64,000 bases of DNA from an uncultured Candidatus Peribacteria bacterium (GTDB lineage: Bacteria > Patescibacteriota > Gracilibacteria > UBA4473), in contig CAZOER010000003.1 in assembly GCA_964578905.1 (NCBI GenBank), positions 1,375-65,374 of the forward strand, in the 5' to 3' direction. The notes beneath the pieces are model-generated. The model saw only the letters and a program-made list of their open reading frames with translations. It had not been told where the DNA came from and searched no databases. Shown piece after piece: positions 34,382-42,938 of the stretch (its first letter is position 1; each line of letters begins with the position of its first letter). A program made the translations under genes and the position numbers.

Positions 34382-35693
34382 AAAAAGTATCGACCAATTT
34401 TTCCGCCAATCCTGTGTAGGTTTCTGGTGTGAGTTTCTTCAATCGTTTCTTTTCTTTGTCGGGTAATTTTGTCTGATCGATAAATTTCCGTACTTCATCA
34501 AGGGAGAGTTTCTTTCCTCGAGAAAACTTCTTCAACTCATCGTACGCATCTGCATTTCCGTGGGCCCGCATAACTGTTTGTACGGCTTCGGTGAGGACTT
34601 CCGGTGCATTATTCAAATCCGCTTTGAGCACGTCTTCTTTGAGTTCTAATTTCCCTAATCCCTTCAAAAGTGATTTCAATCCAAGAAGAAAGTGTCCAAA
34701 GACCAATCCGAAGTTTCTTTGCAATGTTGAGTCGGTGAGATCTCGTTGCCATCGAGAGATTGGCAATTCATCCGCCAATGTTCTGGCAATCCCTCGAGAC
34801 ATCTTGAAGTTTCCTTCCGCGTTTTCGAAATCAATCGGGTTTACTTTGTGTGGCATCGTTGATGAGCCGACTTCGCCCTTTACCACCTTTTGTCCGAAGT
34901 ATCCGAGCGATACATACCCCCAAATATCTCGACAGAGATCAATGAGAATGCTTTCGGTCAGTGTTACCTCATTCAGCAATGCAACCTGTCCATCGTGTGA
35001 TTCAATCTGTGTGGTGAGGGGATTCCATGAACATCCGAGTTTCTCTTCCACAAATTCTTGAGAGAACTTAATCCAATCTACTTTCGGGAATGCTGCCACG
35101 TGAGCAGCGTAGGTTCCAGTCGCTCCATTGAATTTCGCAAATACGGGCATCTGTGCCAATGTTTGAAAACTCTGTGTGAGTCCAAAGAGAAATACACTCA
35201 TTTCTTTTCCCATGGTTGACGGCGTTGCTGTCTGTCCGTGTGTTCGGCAGAGCATCGGAGTTCCTTTCCATTCTCTTGTTTTTCCGTACAAATCGTCGAG
35301 AATGAGTCCCACTGTGTCGAGAACAACAGACATCCCTTCCTGCATCATGAGCGCGTAGGCAGTATTATTGATGTCTTCCGATGTGCATGCGAAATGCAAC
35401 CACGGCCAGTGTTTTTTGTCCGTGTGTTTTCGCAAAAACATTTCCACAGCTTTTACATCGTGGTTTGTTTTTTTCTCAATGTCTTTAATCGCTTTAAATT
35501 CTTTGGCTCCAAAGTTGTCTCCGAGCTTTCGAAGTTTTGCCGGCACCTTTGGCGCAATTCCTTTCTCTGCCAAAAAGTACAACCATTCAATTTCAACCCT
35601 TGTTCTATTTCGTGCGAGTCCGAATTCTGAAAAAATCGGTTCGAGTTCTTTTACCTTTTCTGCGTACCGGTCGTCGAGGGGAGAGAGTGCCAT
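34374..35693 (-). CDS. purB: Adenylosuccinate lyase
   Basis: LSPLDDRY, GSSTMPHKVNPIDFENAEGN. Start set at MALSPLD (ATG 35693). Confidence 0.9.
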   Translation of the reverse strand: MALSPLDDRYAEKVKELEPIFSEFGLARNRTRVEIEWLYFLAEKGIAPKVPAKLRKLGDNFGAKEFKAIKDIEKKTNHDVKAVEMFLRKHTDKKHWPWLHFACTSEDINNTAYALMMQEGMSVVLDTVGLILDDLYGKTREWKGTPMLCRTHGQTATPSTMGKEMSVFLFGLTQSFQTLAQMPVFAKFNGATGTYAAHVAAFPKVDWIKFSQEFVEEKLGCSWNPLTTQIESHDGQVALLNEVTLTESILIDLCRDIWGYVSLGYFGQKVVKGEVGSSTMPHKVNPIDFENAEGNFKMSRGIARTLADELPISRWQRDLTDSTLQRNFGLVFGHFLLGLKSLLKGLGKLELKEDVLKADLNNAPEVLTEAVQTVMRAHGNADAYDELKKFSRGKKLSLDEVRKFIDQTKLPDKEKKRLKKLTPETYTGLAEKLVDTFFE

Positions 35694-35751
35694 GTTTAAT
35701 AAGAATGAAAGCACGTTCAATATACTCGAAAAAACAGGAATCTTCAATTAA

Positions 35752-36513
35752 TTACTTGGTAATCTTTACCGCCAATCGCTCCAGTGTGAGTCGAGTATTC
35801 TGGTTTTTGGAAATGGCTTGATGGGTTTCAAAAAGGATCGGGAGGAACTTTCTGTATTGTTCAAAAAATCGAGCATGCTGAATGCAATTTTCTAGAAATT
35901 CAAAGAATACGGTTCGATCTATTTTTTTGTTTTTATTATCTTTCGATTCTTTATCGAGTGCATCGATAGTTTGGAATTTTCCAATAAGATTTTTGCTGTT
36001 GAAAAAAGACTGAATCTCTTCTGAAATTTCGAAATCACCATTTTCTTTCGGCAGTCGAATGACTGTCATACGAGAGATAATCGTATCGAGAAGTTGATGA
36101 TGATTCTTTGTGGTAAAAAGAAAAACAGCACTTGTCGGTGGTTCTTCAATTAGCTTCAAAAGCGCATGAGGCGCATCTCGTGACACTCGTTCAAAGTTCT
36201 CCAAAATAATGATGCGATATTTTCCTTCATTCGGTTTTTGGTGTGCCCAACGAATCATGCCTCGCACATTTTCGTATTCTCCTTGATCATCTTTTTTGGC
36301 AGCGTCAGACCAATCAATTTTAAAACTCTTTCCTTTATCCTTAAATACCATCGTGTCGAGATGAATGCCTTTTTCGATTTTCTCACGACTGGCCCCCTGC
36401 AATTGACTGGCAGTTTCCAGCGCAATATCAAGCGCTTCGCCTCCACCAGAAAGGAGAACCCGTTGAGGGAACACTTCGGATTGGATCCATTTATCAATTT
36501 GTTGGGGGATCAT
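35752..36513 (-). CDS. holB: DNA polymerase III delta-prime subunit-like (clamp-loader AAA+)
   Basis: RIIILENFERVSRDAPHALLKLIEEPP, LLDTIISRM. Start set at MIPQQ (ATG 36513), because the longer ORF-track N-terminus reads through a repeat element. Confidence 0.7.
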   Translation of the reverse strand: MIPQQIDKWIQSEVFPQRVLLSGGGEALDIALETASQLQGASREKIEKGIHLDTMVFKDKGKSFKIDWSDAAKKDDQGEYENVRGMIRWAHQKPNEGKYRIIILENFERVSRDAPHALLKLIEEPPTSAVFLFTTKNHHQLLDTIISRMTVIRLPKENGDFEISEEIQSFFNSKNLIGKFQTIDALDKESKDNKNKKIDRTVFFEFLENCIQHARFFEQYRKFLPILFETHQAISKNQNTRLTLERLAVKITK

Positions 36514-36574
36514 AGCAGGGAATAGTGTAACTTTTTTCGTAACAAGAGAAAGAGAGAGAGAACTCTTCCTTTTT

Positions 36575-36681
36575 GTCATTCCGAACTTGTTTCGGAATCA
36601 AACCTTTAATTTCTGCACTCGCTTCGCTTTAAACAAGTGATAACTTCGGGACACTTGACCCTGAAATAAATTCAGGGTGAC
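36575..36681. repeat. Paired inverted GTCAYYC-hairpin element, locus b
   Basis: GTCATTCCGAA-cttgt-TTCGGAATC (36575-36599) and the inverted GACCCTGAA-ataaa-TTCAGGGTGAC (36657-36681). Confidence 0.85.
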
Positions 36682-36693
36682 AAAGGAAGGCTA

Positions 36694-36792
36694 TTATGAA
36701 AACGCTCCTTGTGGAGTAAGTGCCGCCCACGCCACCACCAATCCTACGATGGCAGCGAAGGCAACGACAATTTTTAAAATTAATCCTTTCAT
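36694..36792 (-). CDS. Possible 32-aa hydrophobic micro-protein coupled (TAATG) to the DUF4349-like gene
   Basis: Own translation MKGLILKIVVAFAAIVGLVVAWAALTPQGAFS. Its ATG shares one nucleotide with the upstream TAA stop. Confidence 0.3.
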   Translation of the reverse strand: MKGLILKIVVAFAAIVGLVVAWAALTPQGAFS

Positions 36793-37739
36793 TATTTTTT
36801 CTTCTTTGTGACTTTCTTTTTATCAACAAATTTTACTTTCAAAATCCAAAGAACGATCAGTGCTGGCACCCAAAGTGGGATGTAAGCAATAACTTTGATG
36901 ATTTTGTCAGCGATTCCGTGTGCACTTCCGATCAAGTCATTGATCGCCACTCTCCATGATTTTGTGAATGTCCAGTGTGGGTCAGACACGTCTCCGATTT
37001 GCGTTTCTGGCATCAGAGAAAGGTTGAGTGTTGAGTGACTTACGTTTACGTCTCGTCGTTTTTGCGTTCGTTCGAGATTCTCAATTTGCATTTGTACGCT
37101 TGAAAGTTCGCGATCAACTTTGAGAACATCTCCGAGGTCTTTTGTTTCTCGATCCATCAATTCTCGAAGTCGAGTTCGTCGAGCTTTTAGGTTCTCCAAT
37201 TGATTTTCAGTATCTGTATATGAGGCTGTGATATCGTTTGTAGAAATGTTTTCAGATTTCTTCACACCCAGAAATGCGAGGGCTTCCATAGCGGTATCTA
37301 AATTGTCAGAAGGAATTCGTACCGTGAAGTTGTACGACAAAACTCCTGGTCGCACTTCCCATGAATTCATGTTTGTGATTTCTCCGTCCAGTTCCGCGAT
37401 TTGAGCTTCGGCTTCCATCCGTGCTTTTTCTGTGTCGGCAACTTCGACAGATAAACTTCCGTTTTTAATAATTTTTCGATCTTCTGCGTTCGGAATGTAT
37501 CCGTTATTACTTTCTGCGAAATATCCACCACCACCTCGACCGGCCATCATCATTTTTGGTGCGCGAGCCATGTCCATATCCATCATCATGCTTTCTTCCA
37601 TTACGGCTCCACCATATGAGGAGAAAGGAGTTACAACATTATTATTTCCAAAAAGCCACCATCCAGCGCAAAGAACGACGATGATAACGAGGAAATGTTT
37701 GAGAACGAATTCGTTCAAAGACGACCATGAGATTTTCAT
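36792..37739 (-). CDS. DUF4349-like membrane-anchored coiled-coil protein
   Basis: N-terminal TM FLVIIVVLCAGWWLF, IIKNGSLSVEVADTEKA...YNFTVRIPSDNLDTAMEAL...coiled coil...C-terminal TM. ATG at 37739 (the ORF track uses the TTG at 37766). Confidence 0.55.
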   Translation of the reverse strand: MKISWSSLNEFVLKHFLVIIVVLCAGWWLFGNNNVVTPFSSYGGAVMEESMMMDMDMARAPKMMMAGRGGGGYFAESNNGYIPNAEDRKIIKNGSLSVEVADTEKARMEAEAQIAELDGEITNMNSWEVRPGVLSYNFTVRIPSDNLDTAMEALAFLGVKKSENISTNDITASYTDTENQLENLKARRTRLRELMDRETKDLGDVLKVDRELSSVQMQIENLERTQKRRDVNVSHSTLNLSLMPETQIGDVSDPHWTFTKSWRVAINDLIGSAHGIADKIIKVIAYIPLWVPALIVLWILKVKFVDKKKVTKKKK

Positions 37740-37811
37740 TTTTTGAGGGTTAAAAAATCGCTCCAAAGGTACGCTTTAGGGAGGATTCGTCAAGTTTTAC
37801 TATCCTTCTTC

Positions 37812-37934
37812 GTCACCCCAGAATTCTGCAAGAATATCTGGGGCCCAGCCATTAAAATACTCATTTCTAAAATTTAAAATAAACTTGTTTTTTATGGCTA
37901 GATCCCGGATATCCCTCCGGGATTCCGGGATGAC
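37812..37934. repeat. Paired inverted GTCAYCC-hairpin element, locus c
   Basis: GTCACCCCAGAATTCT-gca-AGAATATCTGGGGC (37812-37844) and the inverted GATCCCGGA-tatccc-TCCGGGATTCCGGGATGAC (37901-37934). Confidence 0.8.
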
Positions 37935-37941
37935 AATGGGG

Positions 37942-38574
37942 TTAGATTTCGTCAAGGTTTTTTTGGCTTGGATCAGTCGTGCTATTCTTATTCAAAGCTA
38001 CGAAACGCCCCCATGATTTTTTCATTTCCAGAATCCGATCGCGCCCCTCTCGTCCCAAACTTCCCATGGTGGTAAAAATGGCACTTTGATTGCTCGGAAA
38101 ATTTCTCACAAAGTCTAAAAAGAGTTCCAACGAAATAGGATCATTGATCGTGACGGAGAATTTACAGATTGCGGGAGAAAGGAAATACATTTTAACCACA
38201 ATATCATCAAGCTTGTTCGGCATCTTCTCGAAGTTGTGATAGCTGAGAAGTAATTTATCACTCGGGATTTGATGAATCATTGCCTCACCATTCCTCGTAA
38301 TATCCAAATCCACAAGATCTCCTCCAGATTTCAAAAACTTCTGTAGAATCTCAATCTTATCTTCTGCCGTTCCTACAAAATTCCCACGTTCTTCTGGTGT
38401 CTTACAACATCCGATGAGTTTGTGAGATTTTATTCGTGGCACATCGCCTTCGAATTTATCCAGCCACACCTCAACCCAGTGCGCACGATCACCGATTTTC
38501 TCCACCAGTTGGAGGAGGTCATTAGCGTTACGAGGGCGGACGGGGATGATGGTCTTCATTTCGCTTTGCATCAA
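37942..38574 (-). CDS. aroD: Type I 3-dehydroquinate dehydratase-like protein
   Basis: HWVEVWLD, LLLSYHNFEKMP, ICKFSV (Lys), TTMGSLGREGR. Confidence 0.6.
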   Translation of the reverse strand: MMQSEMKTIIPVRPRNANDLLQLVEKIGDRAHWVEVWLDKFEGDVPRIKSHKLIGCCKTPEERGNFVGTAEDKIEILQKFLKSGGDLVDLDITRNGEAMIHQIPSDKLLLSYHNFEKMPNKLDDIVVKMYFLSPAICKFSVTINDPISLELFLDFVRNFPSNQSAIFTTMGSLGREGRDRILEMKKSWGRFVALNKNSTTDPSQKNLDEI

Positions 38575-38651
38575 AGCACATTTTTTATCACAATGCGAGC
38601 AAATGTCCCACCTCCAGATTCTCTGCGGAAAAATGGGAAAAGTTAAAAAAC

Positions 38652-40370
38652 ATGGAAAGAACGAGAATTAAAATCGTAGGACAGAGTGGATCAGGATTAC
38701 TGACTGCAGGAGATCTTGTTGCCAAAGGACTGCAAAAGTTAGGATTTCAGCTCTGTGCGGACAGGGAGTATCAGTCCCTTATTAAAGGGGGGCACTCGTG
38801 CTACACGATTAATTTTTCCAAAACACCAGTTCATTCACTTTCTCGTGAAGCAGATATTCTTGTTGCTATCGATAAACCCAGCTTGGTGGCGTATTTCGAT
38901 ACTTTGAAAGAAGAAGGAATTTTTCTTCACGGATATGAAAAATTAGCCAACCTTCCTGATATTCTCAAAAAAATTGAAGAACAAAATATTAAAACGGTGA
39001 ATCTCCCGTCTCGAAAAATCGCCCTTGAAAACGGCGGAACGATGCAGATGGCAAATATCATTCTTACCGGAATGGCGTGGAAAGTGCTCGGGTTTGATTA
39101 CAAAATTATTGAGCAATTGGTTCAAGAGAAATTCTCCAAGAAAAAAGCACTTGTCGAAGTCGCTCTCAAATGCCTGAAGGCATCCTACGATGGGGCTGAA
39201 ACCAAACAGAATATTGAATTACCAACAAAAAAAGAAGAGACAATCCTACTTGATGGAAACCATGCGATAGCACTGGGAGCGATCAATGCTGGGATGCGAT
39301 TTTATGCGACCTACCCGATGTCACCATCGAGTTCAATTCTCACACACGTGGCAAACATGAGTGACGATACAGGAGTGGTTGTGAAGCAGGCAGAAGATGA
39401 AATCACAGCCGTACAGATGTCGCTCGGAGCGATGTTTGCGGGAACGCGAGCGCTCACAGCAACCTCTGGTGGAGGATATGATCTGATGACAGAGTCGGTC
39501 AGTTTAGCGGGAATTATTGAAAATCCGCTTGTCATCGTGCTCGCACAGAGACCAGGGCCTGGAACAGGATTGCCTACGTGGACAGCGCAAGGAGATTTAA
39601 ATCTCGCGATTCATTCTTCGCATGGAGAATTTCCACGAGTTGTGATTGCGTGCAGTGACGTGGAAGACTGTTTCGACAATGTTCAACACGCGTTTAACTT
39701 TGCTGAAAAATACCAAGTGCCAGTGATACTCCTCACGGAGAAAGTTGTCTGCGAATCAAAGATGACGGTTTCTCCATTCACGCAGAATAAAATTAAAATC
39801 GAACGAGGATTGGCTTCCAATCTTGCAGATCTCAAACCAGAAGACAGGTACCGCATTACAGAAAACGGACTGTCTACGCGCTGGTTGCCAGGAAGCTGTG
39901 ACACGACTTTCTTTGCTAATGGTGATGAACACGATGAAGCGGGAGTTTTGGACGAAAGCGAAAAGGCGGGAGACATGTACGCGAAACGAATGCGAAAGTT
40001 AGACCTTATTCAAGCGGATCTGCCGAAACCAAAAGTGTATGGAAAAGAAAAAGACGCAGATATTTCATTTGTTGGATGGGGAAGTACGAAGACGGTGATG
40101 AACGATATTATTGCACAGTATGAGAAGAAGGGCGTGTCGGTGAATTTCTTGCATTTTGAGGTGGTCTGGCCACTGGAAGAAGAGGTGCTGAACACATTTT
40201 TTGTTCAAAACAAGAACGTACATCTTCTCGAAGGAAACTACGAAGGACAATTTGGAAAGAAAGTAGAAGCGTGTGGACACACCTTCAAAAACAAATTTCT
40301 CAAGTGGAACGGACGACCGTTCTTCCTTGAAGACGTTTGTGAATACATTGATAACTACGCGAAGCAATGA
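38652..40370 (+). CDS. 2-oxoacid:ferredoxin oxidoreductase, fused gamma/alpha subunit
   Basis: N-terminal GQSGSGLLTAGDLVAKGL (gamma-type), followed by the alpha domain NHAIALGAINAGMRFYATYPMSPSS. Confidence 0.85.
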   Translation: MERTRIKIVGQSGSGLLTAGDLVAKGLQKLGFQLCADREYQSLIKGGHSCYTINFSKTPVHSLSREADILVAIDKPSLVAYFDTLKEEGIFLHGYEKLANLPDILKKIEEQNIKTVNLPSRKIALENGGTMQMANIILTGMAWKVLGFDYKIIEQLVQEKFSKKKALVEVALKCLKASYDGAETKQNIELPTKKEETILLDGNHAIALGAINAGMRFYATYPMSPSSSILTHVANMSDDTGVVVKQAEDEITAVQMSLGAMFAGTRALTATSGGGYDLMTESVSLAGIIENPLVIVLAQRPGPGTGLPTWTAQGDLNLAIHSSHGEFPRVVIACSDVEDCFDNVQHAFNFAEKYQVPVILLTEKVVCESKMTVSPFTQNKIKIERGLASNLADLKPEDRYRITENGLSTRWLPGSCDTTFFANGDEHDEAGVLDESEKAGDMYAKRMRKLDLIQADLPKPKVYGKEKDADISFVGWGSTKTVMNDIIAQYEKKGVSVNFLHFEVVWPLEEEVLNTFFVQNKNVHLLEGNYEGQFGKKVEACGHTFKNKFLKWNGRPFFLEDVCEYIDNYAKQ

Positions 40371-41263
40371 GCATAGATAAAAAACCCGCTTGTAGCGTAA
40401 AAGAACTCAGTGCTTATAACACTGATCAAATGATGACGTGGTGTGGGGGATGTGGAAATTATGGAATTCAAAATGCGCTCAAACGAGCACTTGTTTTGGA
40501 AAGCATTGTTCCCAAAGATGTGCTGATGTGCTTTGATGTGGGATGCAATGGGAATGGTTCGGATAAAATTGGAACGTACACGATTCACGGTTTGCACGGA
40601 CGAGTTCTTCCACTCGCTGTGGGAGCAAAAATTGCCAACGAGAATCTGCATGTAATTGCTGCTGCGGGAGATGGAGCGACTTTGAGTGAAGGCGTGAATC
40701 ATCTTATTCATGCGGTGAGAAGTGATTACCCGATTCTCTTTCTCCACCACGATAATCAGAATTACGCTCTGACCACAGGACAAGCATCGGCTACTACTCC
40801 GCAAAATTGCAAAATGAACGGAACGCCAGAAGGAGTAAGAATCGATGTGATAGATCCACTTGATCTTGTCTTTAGTGCGAAACCTTCTTTTGTTGCCCAA
40901 ACAACTTCTATTGATGTTGATCATATGACAGAAACCATTCAGGCAGGACTGAAACACAAAGGATTCGCCTTTATTCAAATCCTTCAAACCTGCCCAACGT
41001 ATAATAAAATAATGACCGACGAGTGGTTATTACAGAACACTCAACGTGTGGAAGACCTTCCGTCATACGATGTTCATAACCTCACCGAAGCAAGAGCGTT
41101 TATAGAAAAAAGTAAAAAACTTCCTATTGGAGTGTTGTATAAAAATCCACGAAAAGAGAACTTTATACAGACGTTGTCTCACCGAGAGAAATACAAAACG
41201 ACTCTCATTGAAGAAGTAAAGTCAGTCGATATTGCTTCTCATTTGTCTACACTAAAGGGCTGA
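40367..41263 (+). CDS. 2-oxoacid:ferredoxin oxidoreductase, beta (TPP-binding) subunit
   Basis: WCGGCGNYGI, AAGDGATLSEG. ATGA overlap with the alpha subunit. Confidence 0.85.
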   Translation: MSIDKKPACSVKELSAYNTDQMMTWCGGCGNYGIQNALKRALVLESIVPKDVLMCFDVGCNGNGSDKIGTYTIHGLHGRVLPLAVGAKIANENLHVIAAAGDGATLSEGVNHLIHAVRSDYPILFLHHDNQNYALTTGQASATTPQNCKMNGTPEGVRIDVIDPLDLVFSAKPSFVAQTTSIDVDHMTETIQAGLKHKGFAFIQILQTCPTYNKIMTDEWLLQNTQRVEDLPSYDVHNLTEARAFIEKSKKLPIGVLYKNPRKENFIQTLSHREKYKTTLIEEVKSVDIASHLSTLKG

Positions 41264-41303
41264 ACGATTGACATTTTCCTCCAAAAAGGAACAATGAGCC
41301 GTG

Positions 41304-42293
41304 ATGAATTACGGGACTGTTATCCGTGATGCGTGGGAACTCACCACCTCAACAAAAAAACTTACATGGTTCGCCTTTGTGCCGAGCTTCGTGGCAGTTA
41401 TTGTCTTTGTAGTAGAAATTGCCTGGCAATATTCTTTGTTCTCAGAAGAATTTGGATGGGCGGAGCACGGTGCGACTTTTGATAAAATCGGGAACATTTG
41501 GCATACCCTAGCGGATAAAGACCTTCTGGGATGGAGTATATTTTTGGTTTGTTTTGTTATTCTGGTGGCTTTTGTTTTTCCAGCATGGGTGCAATCAACG
41601 TTGATTCTTTCCATGCGTCAGAAGTTTACCTATCCAGAAAAAAGGCTCTCTCTTCGTCAAAAATTTATCGAAGGATTTAGTTATTTTTTCCGATTGTTTG
41701 AGTACCATGCGGTACTCGTTCCGTTTCAATTTATGACGATTATCTTTTATGGAATTACCTTTTATCGGTATTACCATGGAGATCTCTTTAGTAGTATTTT
41801 CCTTCCAGGGCTTATCGTCTACTCGATCATTTCTATGTTTATAAACCTCTTCTTTGCCTACACTCCTTTTTACGTGGTGTGCGAAGATCACTCGTTTGGA
41901 GAGAGTGTTAAGAAAAGTATCGGGTTGGTGTTCCTAAACTTTGGAACGACACTCGGACTGATCCTACTTATGTTCTTGGTGAACATTCGTGTTGTCATTA
42001 ACGTTCTTGTGGTGATCGGTGTGCCATTGGGAATCTTGGGGGCGGCTTCGTACTTCGCAACATCAGCCTGGTTTGGTATTGCGGTAGCGCTTGCGGTTAT
42101 CGCCGGACTTGGGCTCTTGGCATTGACGGCTTATTTAACAGCGGTGCTGGAAGTATTTTCGATTGGATTCTGGGAACGTGGATTTACAGCTTTGAGAGCA
42201 GAACAAAACGAACTTAAAATGCCACCGGTTGAGGAAGTAGCAGCAGCAACAGAAGCTCCGCAGGATGACGTTTTCTCTGGACCTATTGGATAA
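41304..42293 (+). CDS. Polytopic membrane protein, unknown function
   Basis: About 7-8 hydrophobic helices with an acidic C-terminal tail. Confidence 0.5.
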   Translation: MNYGTVIRDAWELTTSTKKLTWFAFVPSFVAVIVFVVEIAWQYSLFSEEFGWAEHGATFDKIGNIWHTLADKDLLGWSIFLVCFVILVAFVFPAWVQSTLILSMRQKFTYPEKRLSLRQKFIEGFSYFFRLFEYHAVLVPFQFMTIIFYGITFYRYYHGDLFSSIFLPGLIVYSIISMFINLFFAYTPFYVVCEDHSFGESVKKSIGLVFLNFGTTLGLILLMFLVNIRVVINVLVVIGVPLGILGAASYFATSAWFGIAVALAVIAGLGLLALTAYLTAVLEVFSIGFWERGFTALRAEQNELKMPPVEEVAAATEAPQDDVFSGPIG

Positions 42294-42892
42294 TGAAACC
42301 CAAGCATATATTGGCAGGCGTGGTTGTTTTATTTGGATTGTTTTTTGCACGAGAACTTTGGATATCAAATGATTCACTTCGTGTTTTTGGAGAAGAAGGT
42401 TTTGCGGTGGTACAAGTCCCATCAGGAGAAACGATCTTCTTCGGCGAGAGCACAACAAGAAAGGACGTGCTCCTACGTGCGATCCAGCCGTATTTCTCCA
42501 ACAAAGAGCCACTCGTTATTGCCGATCAAGAAATAGGCACTTCTGTTGAGGGAAGTGATTTTACGATCACGCGAATATCAGAACACATTGTCCGTGGCAC
42601 GTTTTCCAATTCAACAATCTGGTTCTATGGTTCGCCTTCCGAGGACGAACTCACATCATTAAAAGCAACCCCAATTACTTTGGAAAGTGACTTCTGGATA
42701 CTCGAAACAAATCATTATCCCGAGGTTCTCCCACTTCCTACACAATCGATTCTTCACATCAATGAACGAAAACCGTCGAAGAAATTGGAAAGTTTCGCAC
42801 GCGAAAAAAACATCCCACTTGTTTCCGTGAAAGGGACGGGAGGATTTAAGCTTGAACTTCGGGATCAGAAGTGGCAGATGAAGAGTCGATAG
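42293..42892 (+). CDS. Membrane-anchored protein, unknown function (weak resemblance to degenerate ComEC-type MBL region)
   Basis: N-terminal anchor ILAGVVVLFGLFFA. LRVFGEEGFAVVQVPSGETIFFGES but no HxHxDH motif. TAATG coupling to the upstream gene. Confidence 0.4.
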   Translation: MKPKHILAGVVVLFGLFFARELWISNDSLRVFGEEGFAVVQVPSGETIFFGESTTRKDVLLRAIQPYFSNKEPLVIADQEIGTSVEGSDFTITRISEHIVRGTFSNSTIWFYGSPSEDELTSLKATPITLESDFWILETNHYPEVLPLPTQSILHINERKPSKKLESFAREKNIPLVSVKGTGGFKLELRDQKWQMKSR

Positions 42893-42938
42893 GACATCTT
42901 CCCTTTCTTCTGTTTTTGAGTAGATTGCCCTCGTACCT

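Noticed and set aside
36629-36829. ORF 36629..36829(-) 66 aa
   Set aside because: It is a translation of the palindromic repeat (..CHPEFISGS..) plus intergenic sequence. The shorter TAATG-coupled 32-aa frame is the only plausible coding option there.
40355-40987. ORF 40355..40987(-) 210 aa
   Set aside because: It is antisense to the TPP-binding beta subunit of the oxidoreductase and has no motifs.
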